Source: Phaeosaccion multiseriatum | Taxonomy: Eukaryota; Protista; Ochrophyta, other classes | Direction: 5' to 3' | NCBI GenBank assembly: GCA_965112735.1 | Contig: OZ218958.1 | Span: 3,534,001 to 3,598,000, forward strand | Length of the DNA stretch: 64,000 nt | Notes under the pieces: model-generated | The model's input: only the letters and a program-made list of their open reading frames with translations | What the model was told of the DNA's origin: nothing | Databases searched by the model: none | Position numbers and translations under genes: made by a program | Shown here: positions 12,881 through 23,674 of the stretch, piece by piece | Layout: every line of letters starts with the position of its first letter | Position numbering within the stretch: the stretch's first letter is position 1

Positions 12881-13308
12881 GAGGGAGAATTTTCCAAATG
12901 GCGACGATTTTGGATTAAGGGTGCCAGGATGGCATGTTGCTTTCGATTGTTTTCGACTCCCCCCCCCTTTCTCTCCTCTCTCCTCTCCTCTCCCTGCTCG
13001 GGTCTCTCTGTCTCCCCCCCTTCTCTCTTTTTTGTGGCACAATGTCCGCGTCTCCCACTCTGCACCTCCTCCGTCTCTCCCTGCAAGTTCGCGCCTTTTT
13101 CTTTTCTTTTTTAGTTTCCCATCTCGGCTTGCTTGTTGCCCCCGGATAGTGGGTGAATTGGGGCGAGTAGGCGTATTCGATTGGGAAATACCTGCTGCCT
13201 TATGCTGCGTGGGTGGGTCGCCATACAAAGGCAGCAGATTCGGCAGCAGCAGCAGGAAAGGGAGAGGAAGAAGAGACAGCGGAGGGCAGCAGGTTGGATG
13301 GGTTGGCG

Positions 13309-14516
13309 ATGGCTTCGCGCCGCTCTAAGCCCACCGCTGGCAGTTTGCAAGAAGCAGAGCTATCAACGACCTTCGAAGCCGTAGCAGCGGCGAGGGCGGC
13401 AGGGACGCGCCGCCGTGAGGAGGCCGTTGGCTGGAGGACCCTGGCTGCTGGCCTGGAGATCAGCCGCCATTGCGCTGCTGGGGGGGGGCGTACCGCGGTC
13501 TCCTCGGGGAAAGGCTCAGATGTGGTGCCGGGCAAAGGCAAAGGGTCCTCCAAGGGCGAGCCCGAGGCGAGGCCCCCTCTGCCCAGCTCTGAGGACTTCG
13601 ACAACAACGTCGTTGCCGACATCGCCCGGTCGGCCCTCGGTCACGGGGTGCGTTCCCCTCCTGCCTCTCTTCCCTCGTGAACTCCAAGGACGGCCTAATG
13701 ATATGTTTGCGATGTGTCTTTCGGCCTTCTGAAGCATGTCCCGCCACCCCCCTGATGATGTGCACCACACTGATGTGCACCACTCTAATCAGCTCTTCAT
13801 CGTCATGATGTGCACCAGCTCTAATCAGCTCTTCATCGTCCTCCCTCATCTTGCCCTTGCCCCTCCGCTTCTAGGTGGAGGCCCGCAAGGCCGTGATGTA
13901 CATGATCGGGAGGCGGCAGGAGGAGTACCTTTCTACCCTGAGCTTCTCCTCCGGACGCTCACTCCTCACGGCCCATCGCTTCCCCCCGAAGGCTCTGGGC
14001 GGAGGGACCAGCACAGGCGGAGGGCATTTTGGGATCGGAGGCAAAGGGACGTGCGCAGGGACGTACTGGTCGAGCGTGCTGAAGCGGAGAGAGGGAGAGA
14101 TAAGGAGAGAGCGAGAGACGGCAAAGCATGTGTCTGGTAAGTGACTCCAGCCCTCCGTGGAGGACATGATATGGGTACACACCTTTGCGCCCCCCGCCTC
14201 TCCTCGCACTCACCCTTCACCATTTCTGTGCGTGCGTGTGTGCGTGCGTGCGTGTGCGTGCGTGTGCTCGCGTGTGTGCGTGTGTATATGGCGTGTGTGT
14301 GCGTGTGAGCAGGGCAGAAGATGATCCGTCGCGCGCAGGCCATGGAGGACGTAATGGCGGTGTCTCTGTGGGTGCGTGGAAGGAGGGACAGCAGCAAGGA
14401 CGTGGGGCATCTGGAGGCGCTCTGGAGGCCTCCGGAGTACACATGGGGGGAAGAGGGGGAGTGGGTCAGGCACTCGCTGTGCGACGAGTGCTTCCTGCGT
14501 GCAGGTGAGCGACTGT

Positions 14517-14585
<69 letters not shown>

Positions 14586-14622
14586 GTGTCTGTCTGTGTG
14601 TCTGTCTGTGTGTCTGTCTGTG

Positions 14623-14665
<43 letters not shown>

Positions 14666-14692
14666 GTGTCTGTCTGTGTGTCTGTCTGTCTA

Positions 14693-14747
<55 letters not shown>

Positions 14748-14748
14748 T

Positions 14749-14798
<50 letters not shown>

Positions 14799-16097
14799 AG
14801 TCTGGCTGTCTGTCTGTCTTTCTGTCTGTCTATCCGTGTCGACCGAGGCTCACCACGTCCATCCCTCATCATCATTGGAAGCTCCGGGCCCGAACCGGCT
14901 TGAGTGCCGAACGTGTCCGATCGTCGTGCACAGGAACTGCGCGAGCCGAGAGCAGAGGGCAAGGATGAGCAAACGGCAGCGGCGGCGGCAGCAGCACGGG
15001 CTTTGGATGGATCAGGGCCACGGCCAGCAGCAAGAGGGAGGGCAGGAGGGAGGGCAGGAGGGAGGGCAGGAGGGAGAGCAGGAGGACGACGAAGAAGCCC
15101 AAGGCGAGCCTGCGGGATGGCAGTGGATGTGCGACGACTGCTTCTCACGCAGCCGGGCCGAGGCGGCGCAGCGGGATGTGCGCCACGCGAAGGCCCTCGA
15201 GCTCAGCAAACTCAAGGTGTGTTAATGTTAGAGGTGTATGAGGAGGTGTGTTAGAGGTGTATGAGGACTCAAGGTGTGTTAGAGGTGTATGAGGAGGTGT
15301 GTTAGAGGTGTATGAGGAGGTGTGTTAGAGGTGTATGAGGACTCAAGGTGTGTTAATGTTAGAGGTGTATGAGGAGGTGTGTTAGAGGTGTATGAGGAGG
15401 TGTGTTAGAGGTGTATGAGGAGGTGTGTTAGAGGTGTGTGAGGAGGTGTGTTAGAGGTGTATGAGGACTCAAGGTGTGTTAGAGGTGTATGAGGACTCAA
15501 GGTGTGTTAGAGGTGTATGAGGAGGGTTGAGGAAGAGAGTAAAGGTGGGCGGGAGGGGGTGTCAGCTCTCTTCTCTTTTGGTTCCTCTCGTGTCAGCTCT
15601 CTTGTCCTCTCCGTCACACCGCCCTGACTGTGGCTACTGACTGGACCAGCCCGGGCCATTGTGGACACCGTCGGCAGCGCCGGATGCAGTGGTGCTGCCC
15701 CCCCCCCTTCGCCTTCGGCCCCTCCCCCCTCCCCCCTCCCCCCTCGCCTCTTACCTCTCGCTACGTGCATACACCCATACATGCCAACGCCTGCCCACGC
15801 CGTTGCCTATATGCCTGCCTACACGCACATCCCCACAGGCCGGGTACGGGCTCACCGCAGCGCTCATGATCTCTCGCAAGACGCAAGTGCATCGCACCCT
15901 CCGCCAGAAGGTGCTGGTGCTGCAGGCCTACGTGAGGGGTAGGCTGTGCAGGAGGGCCCTGCAGCAGAGGACGGCCTCGCAGCTGCGGCCCTGGTTGGTG
16001 CGTGTGCTCTCTCTGGAGGGCCTGCCACTGCCTCTCGCACACACGCACCTCTTCAAGTGCTTCGTGTCCGTGCTCGTGGCGGGGGCGGCTGCCACCC

Positions 16098-16135
<38 letters not shown>

Positions 16136-19075
16136 ACTGCTGCAGCAGCGACGCCACAGGGACAGCATGGCGCTCTTTCCTCGGGGGCGGCAGGGGCGGA
16201 GGGCGGCGGCGGTGGTGGTGTTGAGCAATTCTACCTTCTAGAGACAGAGTGGAGCCGAGCAGACGATAAGGGCGCCCTCGTGCTCAACCCGCTCTCTGCG
16301 GCCGGTGGGGCGTCCAACTCCAACTCCAACTCCAGCTCCAGCTCCAGCCTGCTGCGGCCTGCCTCGAGACCGTCGATGAAGCAGCTCTCTTCCTCGCAGC
16401 CCATGGGGGCGAGGGGAATGGGCACGCTGCGGCCCTCCCTGTACGGCACCATCGACGAAGGCGAGCAGTACGCCGACTCGGATTCCTCTTCCTCCTCCTC
16501 CTCCTCCTCAAGCTCCGGCTCAGATGCAGACGAGGACGACACACACGCCGGGCCCTCCAAGCGGCCTTCGCTGCCAGGCCCACCCCGGGGTCTTAGCAGA
16601 GCCCCAGGGGTGGGCGCAACCGCGTCATCAAGGGCGAAGAAGGGCACCTTCGCACTGACCTCGAAGGGAGGAGGGGGCAATGCTTCCTCTGTGTCCCCCT
16701 TGGGAAGCACAGGAGGCCACCCGGGGGTCTGCTGGAGCACCCTGACCGTACCCTGCTCCCCTCCCAACGCTTCGCTGCTCCTCACGGTGGTGTGTCAGCG
16801 GGCCAGTGGAGTGAGTGAGGCAGGGGGGGGGGCGAGTGGAGGGGGGAAAGACATGCGCTCGGTGGTGCCGTCGGTGGTGCCGGGCCCGCCCAAGGTGGTG
16901 GGGCAGATCCGGGTGGAGTGCCGCACGGCTCTGTCCAGTGGGTACGGCAAGAAGGTGTTGTTCGAGACCCAGGCGCTGCACGAAGTGCGCAACGTTGTGC
17001 TGAGAATGGGCACCACTTGCTCCACCGACTACAAGTAAGGAGGTGCCCGCGAGGAAGGGAAGGGAGGAGAGGGATAGGTTGGAGGGTTTTGGCGTGACGT
17101 CCCTCACCACTTAAAGCCCTTCCCTTCCCTTCGCTGCTCACTGCCTTCCTCGCTTGCTCCGCTGTCTGCTCTCCTCTCTGCTCTCCCCTCTGCCCATCCG
17201 CTGCCATCTTCTCTGCTCAGAGCGGGTCCATCCCAGCGCCGCTCCAAGATGCCCACGATGCAGCTGGGCAAGCCCGTCGAGTTCGGCTCCATGCCCCCGC
17301 CCCGCCTCTCGCTGGAGGTATCCCTCTACCCCAACTGGCTCAGGTGGGGTCCTCTTCCCTCTCCTCTCCTCTCCTCTCCTCTCCTCTCCTTTTCTCTCCT
17401 CTCCTCTCCTCCTCTCCTCCTCTCCTACCCTCTTCTCCTCTCCTCTTCTCCTCTCCCCTCCTCTCCTTTTCTCTTCTCTCCTCTTCTCTTCTCCCCTCCT
17501 CTCCTTTCTTCTCCTCTCCTCCTCCTCTCCTCTGCTCTCCTCTCCTCTCCTCTCCTCTCCTTTCTTCTCCTCTCCTCTTCTCTCCTCTCCTCTCCTCTCC
17601 CCTCCTCTCCCCTCCTCTCGTCCTCTCCTCCCATCCCCTCCTCTCCTCTCCCCTCCTCTCCTCTCCTCTCCTCTCCCATCTTTTCTCCTCTCCTCTCGTC
17701 CTCTCCTCCTCTCCTCTCATCTCCCCTCCCCTCCCCTCCTCTCCTCTCCCCTCCTCTCCCCTTTTTTCTCCTCTCCTCTCCTCTCCTCTCCTCTCCTCTC
17801 CTCTCCTCTCCTCTCCTCTCCTCTCCTCTCCTCTCCTCTCCTCTCCTCTCCTCTCCTCTCCTCTCCTCTCCTCTCCTCTCCTCTCCTCTCCTCTCCTCTC
17901 CTCTCCTGTCCTCTCCTCTCCTGTCCTCTCCTGTCCTCTCCTCTCCTCTCCTCTCCTCTCCTCTCTCCTCTCCTCTCCTCTCCTCTCCTCTCCTCTCCTC
18001 TCCTCTCCTCCCCTCCTTCTCTCCGTGTGTCCGTCCCTCTCTACCTGTAGACTCAAGCAGTTCAGCTCTGATGTGCTCTGTATCACCAACTGCTCTGATT
18101 TGCCCTGTTCTCCTGGGGCGTGCTCTGGTCTGCTCCTCTCTCTGACGTCATCCTGTCTCTCTCTGTCGTCCTCTCTCTCTTCCTCTCTCTGATGTCATCC
18201 TTTCCCTCTCACTTTCTCTTTCTGATGCCATCCTCTCTCTCTCTTCCTCTCTCTGATGTCTTCCTGTCTCTCTCTTCCTCTCTCTGGCTTCATCCTGTCT
18301 CCCTCTTCCTCTCTCTGATGTCATTCTGATGTCATCCCAGTAAGTGCGGCTTCGTGAACATGCGCAACCAGACTCACGGGCTCATGGTGCGCAGGTGGGC
18401 GCGATTAGGAATCTGACTAAGGTCGATTAGGAATCGAATTAAGGTCGATTACGAGTCTGAGTAGTCCGCATGAAGTCTGAGATACATGCCTAGGTAACGA
18501 ACTTGGTTACTGAGTAACAGGACGAAAATCGCCCCGATTTTTGCGCAGGTTCGCGGTGCTGTGCAACGGTCGCTTGGCTTTCTACAAACACGTAAGTACT
18601 TACATACATGGAGGGGGAGGGCAAGACAATCCACTGCCATCTCAAGCCTTTCTCGAGCTTCGATTATTCCTCTGCTTGGGCACCATGGGCTTCTCGTCTG
18701 TCTGTCCTGACGGCCCGCGCTTGATCACCTGTTCAGATGTACTCCACACACATCAAGTTCGAGATCTCCGTGGAGGGGGCGGAGATTTCTCTGCAGAGCG
18801 AAGCATCGAATGGGGTGCTGGTGGAGCCCAAGCGCAGCAAGGGTGGGGGGGGGGTCACCCTCGTGCCGCTGCTGGAGGGGGAGCAGGTCGAGTGGTACAC
18901 CAAGCTACGGTCTGTGAGTGATGGAGGCGACCCCAACCCGCACCGCCACAAGGAGGTCTGGTCCCGGCCGGGCAAAACTCACTCCGGCAGGGGCGGCTAC
19001 TGTGACGGATTCGCGAGGCGAAACGCGCTGCCCGCCATCCAAGCGGCGACCGGAGCGGAGCAGAGCAGGCGATAG
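13309..19075 (+). CDS. Multi-exon protein with PHD finger, IQ motif, possible C2-like region and C-terminal PH domain
   Basis: PHD C4HC3: [22 protein letters not shown]; IQ: [13 protein letters not shown]; PH: [33 protein letters not shown]. Frame-consistent GT-AG joins at 15216/15839, 17034/17221, 17343/18341 and 18394/18549. Confidence 0.7.
14518..14832. repeat. (TCTG)n intronic microsatellite
   Basis: Directly visible. Confidence 0.95.
15210..15522. repeat. Minisatellite built from the exon/intron junction (ACTCAAGGTGTGTTAGAGGTGTATGAGG)
   Basis: 22-35-bp variant units, several retaining the CTCAAG|GTGTGT donor. Confidence 0.85.
17352..18022. repeat. (CTCCT)n polypyrimidine intronic satellite
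   Basis: Directly visible. Confidence 0.95.
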
Positions 19076-19314
19076 ATGATAGACACTGTTTACTTTACTT
19101 CTCCTCGCAAACACACACACACAGCCTTCGTCACCGACGAGCAAAGAGGATACCCTTAGGGTTGCACAACAGTGGAGAAGAGAAGGCACGCCCGACCTCA
19201 TTGGCTGCACTCATTGCGCTGCACGCCCGACCTCATTGGCTGCACTCATTGCGCTGCACTCATGTACGTATGTACGTATGTGTGTGTGTATGTATGTATG
19301 TACGTACGTATTGT

Positions 19315-19441
19315 TCGACCCCTGACACGCTATCGCCCACTTTCTCGATAGCGGATAGCGCGCTGGCTGGCGCCGGGATAGCGGATAGCGCGCCGGCTGG
19401 CGCCGGCGATAGCGGATAGCGGATAGCGTGTCAGGGGTCGA
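19315..19441. mobile_element. 127-bp MITE-like element with 20-bp perfect TIRs and 6-bp TSD
   Basis: TCGACCCCTGACACGCTATC at 19315-19334 and its reverse complement at 19422-19441; TATTGT directly repeated at 19309-19314 and 19442-19447. Confidence 0.8.
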
Positions 19442-19680
19442 TATTGTGCTGCACTCATTGTGCTGCAGGAACTCCACAATCGCAGAGCCTCTCCCAAAAA
19501 TGGAGCCGGCCATTGGGTTAAATACGTAAATACTGTACTTATCCCTGTGAGCCGGCCGACTCACGCCGCATTCGGACGCGGAACCAAAGCACCAACTCCT
19601 CCACATCGATCGTCCACCCCTGAGTCCCCCCACCTCCCTCTCCGATCCCGACAACCCACACACCGCCTCTCGCTCCTTCC

Positions 19681-20967
19681 TCAGTCCTCGCAGTCGCAGG
19701 GGTGTCCATTGGCATGGATCCACTGCTTCATTTCCTGAAACACGTTCTCCTCCATGTACCAGTCAATGCCATCGGCCTCGTGTTCTCTCCTGATGACCAC
19801 TGGACACACCCCCCCGTCCCACGCACATCCCACCTCTTCTGAGCGCAGCCACTGCAGCATCTCCAAGCTGTGGCTATCTCGAACCGCATATATGCACACC
19901 CACGCATCCCACTCACAGAACTCACGCGCGTTGGCATGCATCCAGCGTAAAGCGGCAGGTTGAGAGGAAGCAGCGGCAAAGCCAGCTCCCTCCCTCCAGC
20001 AGTAGCACCCTCCGTCCGGTTCCGCCGCCTCCAGTTCAGCCCTGACCTTAGGATGTTTCAGCAGCCATGCCAGTACCGGGATGTGCCCTCCTTGGGCAGC
20101 ATTGATCCACACGTTGTGATCGAACGGAGCGTCCACCTCATCGGACAGAAGCAGCTTAATCAGCGGCAAGTCCCCCTTCTGCGCAGCGTTAGAGCAGGCA
20201 GTACGGGGCAGTCCCATGTGCTGGAGGGCCTTGCAAATGATCATATCTCCATGCCGAGCAGCGGCTTTGACAGTTTCCTCCGTAAGCTTGTAGCCGTGCC
20301 TCCTGGCCCAGTACACACGCTCTATGGAGGCCACTACACTCATTTGGCTCGTCTTGGCTGGGTGCGCAACGATGTAGTAGCTCCTCCACTCCTTGCACAC
20401 CGTCGCGACGAAAGCGTACTCGCCCTGACCCACGAGCTCCATCACCTTTCCAAACACCCCCCTTATACCAAAGGCCTTTGCACAGCTCGAACCAGCTCGA
20501 TGAGAGGACGCACCGGCTGCTGGGGGTTTTACATCGAGGCGGAGGAGGAACAGCTCCTTCTCCCTCTCCAAGGCCCTCTCTTTCGCCTTCTCGTCCCTCT
20601 CGTGAGCCTTTTCTTTCGCTGTCTCGTCGAGCAGCTTGGCTTCCTTCTCTCTCTCGTGAGCCTTCTCTTTCGCCTTCTCGTCCAATAGCTTGGCGTCTCT
20701 CTCTCTTTCGTGAGTCTTCGCTTCCGCCCTCTCCCCTTCGAGCTGCTTCTTCTCCGCCCTCAAAGCTTGGAGGTGCATCAGCAGCTCCTTCCTCACCCCC
20801 TCCCTCTCACCATCCGCTCCCCCTCCTCCCAAGCTCAGCCCCAGATAGTTACCCAGCCCACTCAACGCCTTCTCCACTGACTCTTTCTCTCTGATCACTG
20901 CTGCGATGCTTGCCTCTATCCCCTCCATGACATTTATTTTTGAGGGGTTGTCCCGAGTGGAACCCAA
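19681..20967 (-). CDS. Intronless protein: N-terminal coiled coil, F-box-like segment and divergent ankyrin-like repeats (first ATG at about 20928)
   Basis: EYAFVATVCKEWR; AARHGDMIICKAL, AAQKGDLPLIKLL, AAQGGHIPVLAWL, LEMLQWLRSEEVGCAWD, QWIHANGHPC; this repeat type is common in algae and giant viruses. Confidence 0.75.
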   Translation of the reverse strand: MGSTRDNPSKINVMEGIEASIAAVIREKESVEKALSGLGNYLGLSLGGGGADGEREGVRKELLMHLQALRAEKKQLEGERAEAKTHERERDAKLLDEKAKEKAHEREKEAKLLDETAKEKAHERDEKAKERALEREKELFLLRLDVKPPAAGASSHRAGSSCAKAFGIRGVFGKVMELVGQGEYAFVATVCKEWRSYYIVAHPAKTSQMSVVASIERVYWARRHGYKLTEETVKAAARHGDMIICKALQHMGLPRTACSNAAQKGDLPLIKLLLSDEVDAPFDHNVWINAAQGGHIPVLAWLLKHPKVRAELEAAEPDGGCYCWREGAGFAAASSQPAALRWMHANAREFCEWDAWVCIYAVRDSHSLEMLQWLRSEEVGCAWDGGVCPVVIRREHEADGIDWYMEENVFQEMKQWIHANGHPCDCED

Positions 20968-21121
20968 GCTGTGAGCCCTCGACGATCTAGCACCAACACG
21001 TCAAGGCCTTCATGCTCAATTGAATTTGTACAAGGAGCGCCCTGCGTATTTCATTTGCAATATACCGTCTACTCTCTTTCGGCGGTGCCGCCCCTCTCTG
21101 CCCTCTCTTGGGCGCCTCCCT

Positions 21122-23527
21122 TCACCACTCATGTGGCAATTTGTACACACTGATCACGCCTCCCGTGTCGCCGCCATCTGTACATGCGGAGGACCACACC
21201 GCGAGGCAGGCCGCTCCACCAAAGGCAGCGATGGCCTTGGGGCGACGCCGCGGTGCCTTGCTGCCTCCACCTTCAGAAGACGGAGACGCGACAAGTGCAG
21301 CAGAAAGTGCAGCAGAAGCCGAGGAGGACAAAGCCGCCCCACCCCGGCCCTTCCCGCGGCCCTTGCCATTGGCTGCCTTCCTGCGCCCCCCGCCTTTGTG
21401 CTCCCCTCCCTGGCCTGCCGCCGTGCAGCCCTCATTGAGTGGGAAGGTCTCACCCCACTCACTCGCCCACTCGCTCGCCCCGCAGGCGCTCACCGCCGCC
21501 AACCCGAGGGGGCCCGCTTGGCACACACTCACGCACGCACACTCGCACTTCCCGAGGGGGCGTGCCTTGCCCCTCCCCCTCCGCAGGTGGTGCAGCTGCC
21601 CCTGCTCCGCTGTGAGGCACACACCGAACAACTTGTCGTATCGGCCTTCTCCCTCCCCCCCCGGCGGCCCCCGCTGCCCCGCCTCTGCCTCTTCTGCCTC
21701 TTCTGCCTCTTCTGCCTCTTCTGGCTCTGGCTCTGGTCTACCCCCGTTTCCCTTGCCCTGTCGCCACCCCCCAGCGGTGCCGTACGAGTAAAGCAGGGCG
21801 TCGAGCTTGCTGCGTCTGCTGCCATCCGTGGCGACGACAGCTCTGACGACAGCTCCCCCCTCACGCCGCGTCCCCTTCTCAACCTGGCTCTTCTCAGCCT
21901 GCCCATATGCCTGCTGACCCTGTGTGGTGGGCATGGAGAGGACACACACCCTCGGGGCGAAGAGGGGGAGCCTGGCCACTAGCCTTAGCGTGTCCACATC
22001 CCACAGCAACACGCCCTTGCTCTCCCGCAGTACGCCCATCAGCAGCCCACACGCACACACTCCTTCATCGGCCGCGGCCCCAGGGGGGGAGGGCACCATC
22101 TGCAGGTCGCCCACCGCCTCTCCGTTCCTGCTGCCCTGCCCCCCTCTGGGAAAGGCCAGCGTATGCTTCATTTCAGACAGGTCCTCCGTCAGCGCCACAC
22201 GGAGCGTCTTGGCTCCGTTCGACACCGCCACCACCACGAGAAGGGGGGCAGCGGCAGGGGGGGCAGTTGGTGATACAGCCGCAGCCTTGCTCTCGCCCGA
22301 CGGTGTGCGAAGGTTGGCGCTGCGCCCACAGAAGCAGAGCTCGAGCTCCGTGACTTGCTGTTGCTGCTGATGATGCTGATGCTGATGCTGCTGATGATGA
22401 TGCTGCTGATGCTGCTGCTGATGATGCTGCTGATGCTGCTGCTGCGGCTGCGGTGACAGAGGGCCGAGCTTGAGCTTCTTGAATTTGATGCCCTTGAGCT
22501 TCCTCAGCGGCAGCGGCTGCTCTGACTGCCGCTCTCCGCACTTTCCCTCCAGGGCGTAGAGGACGGGAGAGGCCGTGGAGTCCGCAGCAGCGCCCTTGAA
22601 GCCCGCCGCCAGCAAGCGCACACTCGCACCGGCAGGGGAGGACGGTAGCGCAGGCACCACAGCAACGTCGTGCACCGTCAGCCTCTCCGCTGACTGCTGC
22701 TGCTGCTGTACCACCAACTGCTGCTGCCGCTGCGGCCCCGCTCCACTGCTGTCCGGACTGCTCTCCCGGGGGGAGGGAGTCATCATCTGCCCGAAGAGGT
22801 GCGTGCAGGAGGCTCCCTGCTCGCCCACGGCCCACAGCGACAGCCCTCCCAAGTGACCCACTACCAGCGTGCTCACCTCCGTCACCTCCCCCTGCTCTCC
22901 CCTACAGGAGGCGGTTGTGAGTGCCAGCGACACGACTCTCCACAAGGGGTCAGCAAACATGCCCGAGCCCAGGTCCAGCACGGTGAGCAACTCCACGTAG
23001 GGACGGGGTACTTGTTCCTCCCCACCGAGGCTCCCCCACGTCCTCTCTCTCGTGCTCTGGCTCTCAGTCTCACTTTCTCTGTTCTCCTGCCCGTCTGGCT
23101 CCTTGTCCTTCTCTCGCCGCTGCGGCGTCCCCTTCCTCCTGCCCGGCTTGGCCCCCTTGGGCCGATCGTCATCTCGACATCGATGTTCCCAGCCTTTGAC
23201 GCTCTCTCCCTTCAGTTGTTTCTGCTTCTTCTGCCTCTTCTTCCTGTCCGAGGGAGGGTGAGGATAAGTTGGTTCGCCAAGAGGTGCCGGCGGGGGGGCG
23301 AAGTCACGTCCTTCCTCAGCTGTTGCTGATCTCCCCCTCTTCCGCCGCCCCTTCTTCGCCGCCGCACCCGGCCTTGATGGTGGTGCCCCTCGTGCTGCAC
23401 TGGCGGGAGGGTTCAGCTGAGACGAGGATGGAGGGGCTGAGTCGATTTGCCGCGCGAGGAGGCGATCTTTGCTTTCGCGACTAAGGTACGCTCGAGTCAA
23501 GAGCCCGCCGCCCTCAGCTTTAGGCAT
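21122..23527 (-). CDS. Hypothetical 801-aa protein with a basic disordered N-terminus and a putative WD40-like beta-propeller C-terminus
   Basis: Long open frame from ATG; GHLGGLSLWAV, KGVLLWDVDTLRLVARLP and terminal GDTGGVISVYKL resemble WD blades. Confidence 0.5.
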   Translation of the reverse strand: MPKAEGGGLLTRAYLSRESKDRLLARQIDSAPPSSSQLNPPASAARGAPPSRPGAAAKKGRRKRGRSATAEEGRDFAPPPAPLGEPTYPHPPSDRKKRQKKQKQLKGESVKGWEHRCRDDDRPKGAKPGRRKGTPQRREKDKEPDGQENRESETESQSTRERTWGSLGGEEQVPRPYVELLTVLDLGSGMFADPLWRVVSLALTTASCRGEQGEVTEVSTLVVGHLGGLSLWAVGEQGASCTHLFGQMMTPSPRESSPDSSGAGPQRQQQLVVQQQQQSAERLTVHDVAVVPALPSSPAGASVRLLAAGFKGAAADSTASPVLYALEGKCGERQSEQPLPLRKLKGIKFKKLKLGPLSPQPQQQHQQHHQQQHQQHHHQQHQHQHHQQQQQVTELELCFCGRSANLRTPSGESKAAAVSPTAPPAAAPLLVVVAVSNGAKTLRVALTEDLSEMKHTLAFPRGGQGSRNGEAVGDLQMVPSPPGAAADEGVCACGLLMGVLRESKGVLLWDVDTLRLVARLPLFAPRVCVLSMPTTQGQQAYGQAEKSQVEKGTRREGGAVVRAVVATDGSRRSKLDALLYSYGTAGGWRQGKGNGGRPEPEPEEAEEAEEAEEAEAGQRGPPGGEGEGRYDKLFGVCLTAEQGQLHHLRRGRGKARPLGKCECACVSVCQAGPLGLAAVSACGASEWASEWGETFPLNEGCTAAGQGGEHKGGGRRKAANGKGRGKGRGGAALSSSASAALSAALVASPSSEGGGSKAPRRRPKAIAAFGGAACLAVWSSACTDGGDTGGVISVYKLPHEW

Positions 23528-23674
23528 CTTGGAGCGTTTTGGCGGCTGGGCATCGATCTAAGGAGGAGTTATGTTATAGTCTTCTTCATACTCTGCCATC
23601 TGTGAACCATACTGAGGCTGCTCATCTTCGGGCGGGCTCCGTGCTTGCTGTACTGTAGAGCGCCTTACTAGATC
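23528..23674. promoter_or_regulatory. Putative compact bidirectional promoter
   Basis: 147 bp between the divergent ATGs at 23527 (-) and 23675 (+). Confidence 0.45.

Noticed and set aside
14321-18192. Long ORFs such as SVCL-, SSPLL- and ERRGE-repeat proteins
   Set aside because: Translations of intronic microsatellites that happen to lack stop codons
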